DNA from: Halobacteriales archaeon YIM A00010
GTDB taxonomy: Archaea > Halobacteriota > Halobacteria > Halobacteriales > Haloarculaceae
Direction: 5' to 3'
Assembly: GCA_025041175.1 (NCBI GenBank)
Contig: JAKCFJ010000001.1
Location: 1,915,526-1,939,525, forward strand
DNA: 24,000 nt
Positions 1 through 6,983 of this stretch are shown here, one piece after another. The stretch's first letter is position 1, and every line of letters begins with the position of its first letter. The notes below the pieces were generated by a model. It did no database searches. It worked only from the letters and a program-made list of their open reading frames with translations, and was not told where the DNA came from. The position numbers and the translations under genes are program-made.

Positions 1-176
1 GCGTAGCCGTTCTGGAGGATCTCTTCGACGAATTGGAGGTACAAGCCGCCCTCGTACGCCGGGTGCGTGTGCGTCAGAAAATACGCGACGCACACCACAC
101 TGCCAACAAAAAGCGCAGCAGTGAGCCAGAAACGATCGCTGTCGAACCGCGGTTTCGACGTTCCTTTCCCTATCAT
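1..176 (-). CDS. Membrane protein, 5' end only (gene continues past the left edge)
   Basis: Reverse-strand ATG at 176-174 opens MIGKGTSKPRFDSDRFWLTAALFVGSVVCVAYFLTHTHPAYEGGLYLQFVEEILQNGYA..., which stays open to base 1. It has one clear hydrophobic helix. It is absent from the ORF track only because it is truncated (58 codons). Confidence 0.4.
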   Translation of the reverse strand, partial: MIGKGTSKPRFDSDRFWLTAALFVGSVVCVAYFLTHTHPAYEGGLYLQFVEEILQNGY

Positions 177-245
177 ACGAGATCTCCGGCTTCCGGTTTC
201 ATTCTCGTTCACTTTCCCGTTTCGATTCGTCGAGAGAAGATCGTC

Positions 246-452
246 ATACTGTCGGCCCTGCGGACGGAGTGCGACGGACCATCCATCTGCGGTCTAGCGA
301 TTCATCAGCATTCGATATATACCGTCGGTCATGGGCCTTGGAACACTCGGTTGCTTGTTCACCACGGGATCGACCGCGACTCACCCACCAAGCGATCGTA
401 GAGTATCAATGGATATGACCGACGGTATACAATCACCTCGGTCCGACAGTAT
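246..452. repeat. Hairpin-ended mini-element, outer copy (interrupted); homologous to 8863-8961
   Basis: ATACTGTCGG (246-255) is the reverse complement of CCGACAGTAT (443-452). By hand alignment, 246-318 matches 8863-8938 at about 78% and 430-455 matches 8940-8965 at 23/26. The two blocks are separated by the 318-429 insert. Confidence 0.8.
318..429. mobile_element. MITE-like element nested inside the 246-452 copy
   Basis: Perfect 15-bp terminal inverted repeat: TATACCGTCGGTCAT (318-332) and ATGACCGACGGTATA (415-429). The segment is absent from the otherwise homologous copy at 8863-8961. It has no coding capacity. Confidence 0.6.
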
Positions 453-455
453 CAC

Positions 456-1820
456 TCACCGGGGGTGGCTCTGTCCTTGGTCCGAGCGCGACGTGGTGAC
501 GTAGATGCTGTCTTTGTCGAGAATGAACTCGTCGATGAACGCGGCGATGAACACTGCGGTTTGGAACACGAGATACGGCCAGAGCGTGAACGCAGCGAGG
601 TATTCGAGCGGATGGTGGGTCTCTCCCTCTAGCCAGTCCTGAATGAAGATGAGATACGACACGATGATGGGGGTGATCGATATGAACGACCATACGACCC
701 AGCCGTTGGGAATGAGCGTCGCAGTCGAAACCCCGGTCAAACCGTTGAACAACGGCATCGGAAAGACGAGGACGAACAACACCGGAACGATCGCGTAGGC
801 GAAGGTGTACACAGCGTCGATCTTTTTCCGGATCGAGATCGCTCGCTCCTGGGGCAAGAGGGGAAGATACCGGACCGCCACCTGCATCCAACCTCGCGCC
901 CACCGCTTTCGCTGGTTCCACCACGCGGACAGCGTTGCGGGGTTCTCCTCGTAGGTGATGACCTGTGGATCGACGCGCAACTCCTTGCCGATCGAGTGGA
1001 TCTTCGAGGACATGTCGATGTCCTCGACGAGGATCTCCTCGTCGAACTCGCCGAGTTCCTCGAACACCTCTTTCCGGAAGAACGCCTGCCCACCACCGAA
1101 GATAGTGAACCCGTCCACCACCTCCCGAGCGAACAGGTCGCCCTTCTCGGCGATGTGGCGCTCGACGGTCGCGTGCAGCGCCAACAGCGAGTCCGTCGGG
1201 TTGTCGCCGTAACACCGCCCTTTCACACACCACGTGTCCTCATCAGCGAGGAACCACGCCACTGCGCGCCGGATCGCGTCCGGTTTGAACTGGTGGTCGG
1301 CGTCGATGCTCGCAATGATGTCACCCGTGGCGTGTTTCAGCGCGTAGTTCGTCGCCTTGGCTTTCCCACCGCCCGGTTCGTCGCGCTCGACAGCGACAAA
1401 CCGAGGATCGTCGGCAGCAGCCTGCTGTGCGATTTCGGCGGTTCGATCCGTCGAACTCGCCTCATAACAGAGCACGACTTCGAGCTTCTCCGCTGGATAG
1501 TCCACCCGCTTACAGGCCTCGATCGTCCCCGGTAACACCGGCTCCTCGTTGTACGCCGGTATCACCACCGACACGGTGGGAAGCGTCGTGTCGCCGATCG
1601 CTGGAGGATCCGTTCTCGAAAACGCAAGTACTGCGGACAGAAGCGTCCGTCCGACGAGCCCAACCAATCCGAGCAACAACACCGTGTTGAGCACACTCCC
1701 GTACCCCTTGACGTACGGGATCGGCAGTAAGATACCGACAACGAGTAACCCCGTTATCGTCGCATACGTCGTTATTTTCTTGAGAGATAACGACGTCTCT
1801 TCGACCGTCTTGACTTCCAT
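456..1820 (-). CDS. Family-2 glycosyltransferase, membrane-integrated processive synthase type
   Basis: 454-aa ORF. It has N-terminal TM helices, a GT-A core (VSVVIPAYNEE, SIDADHQF) and QRKRWARGW (the Q-x-x-R-W motif of NodC/cellulose/PNAG-type synthases), followed by several C-terminal TM helices. Confidence 0.9.
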   Translation of the reverse strand: MEVKTVEETSLSLKKITTYATITGLLVVGILLPIPYVKGYGSVLNTVLLLGLVGLVGRTLLSAVLAFSRTDPPAIGDTTLPTVSVVIPAYNEEPVLPGTIEACKRVDYPAEKLEVVLCYEASSTDRTAEIAQQAAADDPRFVAVERDEPGGGKAKATNYALKHATGDIIASIDADHQFKPDAIRRAVAWFLADEDTWCVKGRCYGDNPTDSLLALHATVERHIAEKGDLFAREVVDGFTIFGGGQAFFRKEVFEELGEFDEEILVEDIDMSSKIHSIGKELRVDPQVITYEENPATLSAWWNQRKRWARGWMQVAVRYLPLLPQERAISIRKKIDAVYTFAYAIVPVLFVLVFPMPLFNGLTGVSTATLIPNGWVVWSFISITPIIVSYLIFIQDWLEGETHHPLEYLAAFTLWPYLVFQTAVFIAAFIDEFILDKDSIYVTTSRSDQGQSHPR

Positions 1821-1842
1821 ACGAATGAAAGCAACCGGTTAC

Positions 1843-1850
1843 CTAATAAA
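1843..1850 (-). promoter_or_regulatory. TATA-like box for the glycosyltransferase gene
   Basis: The reverse strand reads TTTATTAG 23-30 nt upstream of the ATG at 1820. This fits a leaderless or near-leaderless haloarchaeal transcript. Confidence 0.4.
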
Positions 1851-2067
1851 TGAGTGAAATCGTTCCAGTCCGTTGCGCGATCCAAGCGTCGTTGCAGACC
1901 GTTTCGTCGCTTTGTATCGTCTCACCATAGGATGGCAATCGCCGTACGTAGCGGCTCAAATACGGACGTACCGATAATAGCCACCTATTAACACTGTATT
2001 ATGGAGACGATAAACGTAGATTCTCAAAGATGGTTCAAATATTCGGTAGTATAGGGAAACGATCCGT

Positions 2068-2313
2068 TCAACCGACGACCGTGATCGCTTCGGACTCGGC
2101 GTGTTCGGTCTCCAAGTACATCGGGACGTACTCGCGGCGTTCGTAGGACTCTCGCTCGTCCTCTGCACCGACCGTACACCACAGCTGAACCCGCTCGGGA
2201 CCGTGCCAGTCGCCCTGGCGCTTGACCGAAAAGCAGACGACTTCCTCCTCGTCGTACTCGATGACCGCGTCCTTCCGAATGCCTGGATCGCCGTCGATGA
2301 TGAGGTTCTTCAT
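2068..2313 (-). CDS. Small acidic hypothetical protein
   Basis: ORF MKNLIIDGDPGIRKDAVIEYDEEEVVCFSVKRQGDWHGPERVQLWCTVG..., with an alternative GTG start at 2319. A TTTAAT-like box lies on the reverse strand about 25-32 nt upstream of the ATG at 2313. I recognise no family. Confidence 0.6.
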   Translation of the reverse strand: MKNLIIDGDPGIRKDAVIEYDEEEVVCFSVKRQGDWHGPERVQLWCTVGAEDERESYERREYVPMYLETEHAESEAITVVG

Positions 2314-2457
2314 ATTCACTCTCGTCCCAGCATGGGATTAAACTTTACCAAGGAGAGTTTCCCGGATCACCGCATCCGCGGTGATTCATAGGGACTGTTG
2401 TGATTCCGTCCCGCTGTGGCGACACAGAACGGTTCGTGACACCACAGAGCAGTCGTC

Positions 2458-2566
2458 ATACTGTCGGTCATCCTTCCGTACACCGGCAGTGGACGCTTCG
2501 GGATCGTGGAGCACGCTGCTGGCTGAACCGGCGACCGAGTGGTCACAGACCGATGACCGACAGTAT
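2458..2566. repeat. Hairpin-ended mini-element copy (MITE-like)
   Basis: Perfect 15-bp inverted repeat: ATACTGTCGGTCATC (2458-2472) and GATGACCGACAGTAT (2552-2566). The left flank-plus-repeat 15-mer TCGTCATACTGTCGG (2453-2467) is identical to 241-255. Confidence 0.8.
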
Positions 2567-2626
2567 CAGTCTACGACCGTGCCGAACATACTCACAACAG
2601 TCCCTATCACCGGCTCGGCGGTTCGA

Positions 2627-2881
2627 TCATTCGTTTCTGAGGCTGTACACGCGCTTTCTGGCGTCGGTGAACGAAAACCGCGACTGGACGATATCGATCT
2701 CGTCCAACTGCGAGACCGCGTACCGAACCGTCCGCGTGGGCAACAGCGTCTCCTCGGCCAGCTCCTGCTGGGTGAGTGGCCCGTCGTATTCGAGTACCTT
2801 CGCAACTAGCTTCGCGCTCGGCGGACAGTCGTGTAACCCCTCCCGAACAGTCGCGTTCTCTTGCTCCTCTGCAGCGCTCAT
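2627..2881 (-). CDS. Small winged helix-turn-helix transcription regulator (MarR/TrmB-like)
   Basis: 84 aa. PPSAKLVAKVLEYDGPLTQQELAEETLLPTRTVRYAVSQLDEIDIV is a typical wHTH. Confidence 0.8.
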   Translation of the reverse strand: MSAAEEQENATVREGLHDCPPSAKLVAKVLEYDGPLTQQELAEETLLPTRTVRYAVSQLDEIDIVQSRFSFTDARKRVYSLRNE

Positions 2882-2924
2882 ACCCTCACTACATAATGCA
2901 ACTATGTAATATTTTCCATCTTGA

Positions 2925-2941
2925 GATTACTATTAGTAATC
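2925..2941. promoter_or_regulatory. 17-bp perfect palindrome upstream of the wHTH regulator (candidate operator)
   Basis: GATTACTA-T-TAGTAATC lies 44-60 nt upstream of the start at 2881. A second inverted repeat, TACATA-N7-TATGTA (2890-2908), lies next to the start codon. Confidence 0.4.
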
Positions 2942-3040
2942 CGCCATCGTCGAGAGGCGGTGCGTGTTGAGACTCACACGGCGTGTACGCCTGGGGAACC
3001 GCCGTGATATCGGTAGTTGCGGTGTAGCGGACCCGAAACC

Positions 3041-3048
3041 TCTTATGA
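3041..3048 (+). promoter_or_regulatory. TATA-like box (preceded by CGAAA BRE-like purines) for pan
   Basis: cgaaacc-TCTTATGA lies 24-31 nt upstream of the ATG at 3072. Confidence 0.4.
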
Positions 3049-3071
3049 GAACGAGCGCTATTCACGCGTAG

Positions 3072-4286
3072 ATGACCGACATCGTTGACGACGTCGATTG
3101 GCCGTACGAACCCGGCGCGTCACAACAGGAGAAGATCGAGTCGCTACAGGAACGGCTCGAAATACTCGAGGGGCAAAACGAGGAAATGCGGGACGAGCTC
3201 CTCGATGCGAACGCAAAGAAGAACAAGTACCAGCAGAAGCTCGAACGGCTGACCCACGAGAACAAGAAGCTCAAGCAGTCGCCGCTGTTCATTGCGACGA
3301 TACAGGAGATTTCCGACGATGGCGTCGTGATCAAACAACACGGGAACAATCAGGAGGCGCTCACCGAGGTTACCGATGAGATGCGCGAGCAGCTCGAACC
3401 CGACGATCGCGTCGCGGTGAACAACTCTCTCTCGGTCGTTCGCGTGTTGGACGCCGAGACCGACGTTCGTGCGCGCGTGATGCAGGTCGAGCACGAGCCG
3501 GCGGTGGCCTACGAAGACATCGGTGGCATCGGCGAGCAGATTGAGGAGGTCCGCGAGACCGTCGAACTGCCGCTCACCAGCCCGGAGCGGTTCGACGAGG
3601 TCGGGATAGAGCCGCCCTCGGGGGTGTTGTTGCACGGTCCACCGGGGACGGGCAAGACGATGCTGGCCAAGGCGGTCGCCAACCAGACCGAGGCGACGTT
3701 CATCAAGATGGCTGGCTCGGAGCTGGTGCACAAGTTCATCGGGGAGGGCGCAAAGCTCGTCCGTGATCTGTTCGAACTCGCACGCCAGCACGAGCCGGCG
3801 GTGTTGTTCATCGACGAGATCGACGCGATCGCGTCCAAACGCACCGATTCGAAGACCTCCGGGGACGCGGAGGTCCAGCGCACCATGATGCAGTTGCTCT
3901 CGGAGATGGACGGCTTCGACGACCGGGGCCAGATCAGCATCATCGCCGCCACCAACCGCTTCGACATGCTCGATCGCGCCATCCTCCGCCCCGGCCGCTT
4001 CGATCGCCTCATCGAAGTCCCCAAACCCGACCAAGAGGGCCGGGAGATGATCTTCCGCATCCACACCCGCTCGATGAACGTCGCGGACGACGTGGATTTC
4101 GAGGGGCTGGCCGACAGCACCGAAAACGCCAGCGGCGCGGATATCAAGGCCGTCTGTACCGAGGCGGGGATGTTCGCCATCCGCGACGACCGCGAAACCA
4201 TCAGCCGCGAGGACTTCGAGAGCGCGTGGGACAAGATCGACGACGGGGAGAGCGAAACCGAAGAAATCAGCCGGACGTTCGCGTAG
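3072..4286 (+). CDS. pan: Proteasome-activating nucleotidase (AAA+ ATPase)
   Basis: 404 aa. It has an N-terminal coiled coil, Walker A GPPGTGKT, Walker B LFIDEID, and an Rpt-like C-terminal domain. Confidence 0.95.
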   Translation: MTDIVDDVDWPYEPGASQQEKIESLQERLEILEGQNEEMRDELLDANAKKNKYQQKLERLTHENKKLKQSPLFIATIQEISDDGVVIKQHGNNQEALTEVTDEMREQLEPDDRVAVNNSLSVVRVLDAETDVRARVMQVEHEPAVAYEDIGGIGEQIEEVRETVELPLTSPERFDEVGIEPPSGVLLHGPPGTGKTMLAKAVANQTEATFIKMAGSELVHKFIGEGAKLVRDLFELARQHEPAVLFIDEIDAIASKRTDSKTSGDAEVQRTMMQLLSEMDGFDDRGQISIIAATNRFDMLDRAILRPGRFDRLIEVPKPDQEGREMIFRIHTRSMNVADDVDFEGLADSTENASGADIKAVCTEAGMFAIRDDRETISREDFESAWDKIDDGESETEEISRTFA

Positions 4287-4289
4287 TTA

Positions 4290-4294
4290 TTTTT
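4290..4294 (+). terminator. Oligo-T archaeal terminator after pan
   Basis: A TTTTT run starts 4 nt after the TAG stop. Confidence 0.5.
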
Positions 4295-4322
4295 GATAGA
4301 CGGGTTTCGTAACGGAATCGCC

Positions 4323-4343
4323 GATTTGCTGGCTCAGCAAAAC
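4323..4343. repeat. 21-bp palindrome, copy 1 (GATTTGCTG-GCT-CAGCAAAAC)
   Basis: The arms 4325-4331 and 4335-4341 are perfectly complementary, and the 9-bp arms carry one mismatch. It shares GATTTGCTG-N3-CAGCAAA with 5662-5682. It is nested inside the weaker outer repeat GTAACG...CGTTAC. Confidence 0.8.
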
Positions 4344-4371
4344 GGAGTCGTTACAACGGGACAGTCGGTCG

Positions 4372-5603
4372 TTACGAGTCGACGACCTCGAGCGTCCAGT
4401 TGCCGTCGGCCTCGACGTTGATCCAGACGGGTCCGCCCGCCTTGTACGACCGAGAGTTATCGAATTCGCCGGTTTGATGGACGAGAACCTCCCGACTACC
4501 GTCCGCACCGTAGCCGTCGACGATGAACACGCCGTCGCTGTCGTGTGTCGCGACGACCCTGACGCCCGCATCGTTGGCGACCGGCTGGGCGAAAGCGTCG
4601 GCGACACGCGGCGACTCGCGAACGCGCTTGTTCAACTTGCAGTTCAGTGCGACGCCGCCGGCGATCGCGACGTTCGCCGTGCCCACCTGTTCGACGGCCG
4701 TCTCCGCGATGTCTACGACCGTCTCTTCGAGCAGTTTCTGGGCAGTGTACGCGAAGTCTTTCTCCCACTGGTCGAACTCGCCGGGCGTCTCGTTCCGGGG
4801 ACGGCCGAACGCGTCCTCGAGGGTTTCAACACCGTGGTCGGTCCCCCAGCGTTCCGTCAGCTCGGTGACGTCGTAGCCAGCACCCGTGTCAATCAGATCG
4901 CGCAGGACACCTTCGATCTCCGGATTGTCGTTTCCGTACGGAGCGAGACCCATCACTTTCCCTTCGCCGTTGAACATCCGGTAGCCGAGATACTCCGTGA
5001 CGATCGCGAAAAAAAAAGCCCGAGGCTGTTCGGGTGTTCGTACGTGCGTTCGCGCGCCAATCCGGTGGTGTCGGCGTGCCAGACGACCGTCGAGTCGTAT
5101 TCGCCCTTCGCGTCGATCGTGAGGACAATGCCCTCGTCGAACCCGGATGGATAGAACGCGCTCGCAGCGTGACAGCGGTGGTGAGGTATCGTCTCGATCG
5201 GCGGTAGCGGTGTGCCGAACGATTCGAGACGGTTCTCGATTTGTCGTGTCGGAACGAACCGACTCCTGAGCTGTGTGATGAGCGTCTGTTCGAGTGCGGA
5301 GAGTTTTCGTTCGACTCCGGGCGCTTGGATGGCGGTGATGACGTAGTGCGAGGCGAGTTTACCCCGGAGCCGTGGATCATACGGAAGAAGGATTCGATCG
5401 AGGTCCGGAAGAGTCAGATTTCGGTGAGCGAGACACGCCCGAATCGCGTGTTCGGGAAAGGTGTCTGTTGCGTGTTTTTCCCGCGTGTATCGTTCTTCTT
5501 CGACGCCGAAGACGGGAGTACTCTCTTCGAAGAGGACGGCGCTCGGGTCGTGCTGGCCGTAGAGCCCGATAGCAGGTTTGAATGCGAGTTGATAGTCAGT
5601 CAT
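4372..5603 (-). pseudogene. NodU/CmcH-type carbamoyltransferase, frameshifted and 3'-truncated/chimeric
   Basis: ORFs 4953-5603 and 4372-4977 together give the carbamoyltransferase N-domain (EEERYTREKH, HHRCHAASAFYPSGF, GEGKVMGLAPYG, GGVALNCKLN, QPVANDAG). The frame breaks at a T9 run (A9 on the + strand, 5009-5017). The C-terminal carbamoyltransferase domain is missing. Confidence 0.85.
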
Positions 5604-5661
5604 GGCTTGTGAGAGGAACGTGCTGTGATCTGAAGCCGGATAACGGCAAAACGGCAGTGGT

Positions 5662-5682
5662 GATTTGCTGTATCAGCAAATC
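5662..5682. repeat. 21-bp palindrome, copy 2 (GATTTGCTG-TAT-CAGCAAATC)
   Basis: Perfect 9-bp arms. It lies 59-79 nt upstream of the carbamoyltransferase start (5603). GCAAAACGG occurs next to both copies (4337-4345 and 5646-5654). Confidence 0.8.
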
Positions 5683-5770
5683 GCCGGCTGTATAGTCGTG
5701 TGGAGTACTGCCGGTACAACAGAGACCTCGTCGCTACGCATCGAAAACTGAGGAGTGGCGGCCGGATTCG

Positions 5771-5920
5771 TTAGAGCCCAACGTCTCCACCGCCGAGATC
5801 ACCTGCCCCTCCGATATCGAGCTGTGAGAGCAGTTGTTGCCGCTTCTCTTCGGGAAGGTTTTCGATGAGGTTCTGAAGATCATCGACCTGTACGTCTTCT
5901 GGGTTTGGGTAAATTGCCAC
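5771..5920 (-). CDS. Possible 49-aa acidic small protein (GTG start)
   Basis: Hand translation gives (V/M)AIYPNPEDVQVDDLQNLIENLPEEKRQQLLSQLDIGGAGDLGGGDVGL*. The composition is halophile-like and an AT-rich putative promoter region lies just upstream. It is too short for the ORF track. Confidence 0.25.
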   Translation of the reverse strand: MAIYPNPEDVQVDDLQNLIENLPEEKRQQLLSQLDIGGAGDLGGGDVGL

Positions 5921-6114
5921 TCATATCATTCGCCCCTGTGTTTACAACTATGCCGTGCGCAATAAGAATTTTCCACATTATAAAATATATTCTTAAAAGA
6001 ATTCAATTAATAGAAAGTACCACTGGCTCTTGCTGTGACAGTTGTCGTGTGCGTATCAGAACGTACTGAGCGTCGTATCGACGTTCATTTGAACGCGTAT
6101 TCCGTAGCCGGGAT

Positions 6115-6540
6115 ATGGAGGATCAACCGGGATTGAGCGATCAGTACCGGATGTCGAGTCCGTGGCCGGTGTTCGTTGTGCTAGGGCTCGTTCTTTCGGA
6201 GCTCGGGGTGCTGTTCGGGATCGTTCCACTGTCCGTGGGAGGGTTGTTGCTGTTCGTCGGAGCGATCTCCGGCATCCTCACCGAATCGGGCTACACCAAC
6301 AGCCTGTGGCGGGTGCTGGGCATTCTCGGTACGGTTCTCATCCTCGCCGGTGGGATACTCATCGGGACACAGCTGCAGCTTTCGGATCCTAGTGGGCTCC
6401 TATCGGGGCTGACCGCCGCGTTCGGGGCGCAGCCCAACGGGATCATCGTCCGGGGCGTTTCGATCGTCGTCGCGGGCGCGCTCGCCATCGTGGCGGGTGC
6501 TGTCGTCCCGTTCGTACAGCCTGACTCCGACCCGCTCTAG
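6115..6540 (+). CDS. Four-TM membrane protein (type usually found next to haloarchaeal cox genes)
   Basis: 141 aa with four hydrophobic helices. It lies directly upstream of the oxidase subunit I gene. TCATTTGA lies 22-31 nt upstream of the ATG. Confidence 0.7.
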   Translation: MEDQPGLSDQYRMSSPWPVFVVLGLVLSELGVLFGIVPLSVGGLLLFVGAISGILTESGYTNSLWRVLGILGTVLILAGGILIGTQLQLSDPSGLLSGLTAAFGAQPNGIIVRGVSIVVAGALAIVAGAVVPFVQPDSDPL

Positions 6541-6583
6541 GGCGAATCGATACTCTATTTACGCGGCCACTCCGAACCCCGGT

Positions 6584-6823
6584 ATGGCATCGAGCGTCTT
6601 CGATCGTGAAACGCTGCTCGATCTCACGGTCAACATCATCCCCCTGGGCATCATCCTGTTTTTCATCGTCGTGTTCGCTGCCCTGCCGGGGTTCGGGTAC
6701 GATCCGTTCACAACGACGATCCAGATGAGCCTGCTGATTATTCCGTTCATCGGGCTTGCAGTCCTCACCTACGTTTCCGGAAAAGCGATCGCACAGGCCG
6801 AAGAGGAGCTCGAAGAGCAGTAG
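6584..6823 (+). CDS. Small two-TM membrane protein (cox-cluster-type)
   Basis: Start moved to the ATG at 6584 (MASSVFDRETLLDLTVNIIPLGIILFFIVVFAAL...). The track start at 6497 overlaps the previous gene. TCTATTTAC lies 22-30 nt upstream. Confidence 0.6.
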   Translation: MASSVFDRETLLDLTVNIIPLGIILFFIVVFAALPGFGYDPFTTTIQMSLLIIPFIGLAVLTYVSGKAIAQAEEELEEQ

Positions 6824-6983
6824 CCACTCGCCGGGTTTCGTGGGGTGGTCGGCGTCGTGACGATCGGGGACGAGCGGATGAGCAGTGGCAAAAACCGTGT
6901 GAAGGAAACGGGATGCTGGCGGTTGATTGTCCGATACGACCAGAACATAACCTTTCTAATCACCCGGTTCCGAAGGGTCGTAT

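Noticed and set aside
3144-4234. Long reverse-strand ORFs (306 aa and 241 aa) overlapping pan
   Set aside because: They are antisense shadows of a very well supported AAA+ gene. Their translations are Arg/His/Leu/Ser-rich low-complexity sequence with no motifs, as is typical for high-GC genomes.
5911-6030. Possible replication origin (AT-rich island with three CCAC-containing motifs: TTGCCACTC, TTTCCACAT, GTACCACTGG)
   Set aside because: No orc1/cdc6 gene is nearby. There are no long inverted ORB-type repeats with G-strings flanking the AT stretch. The motifs are short and dissimilar, so divergent promoters are the simpler explanation.
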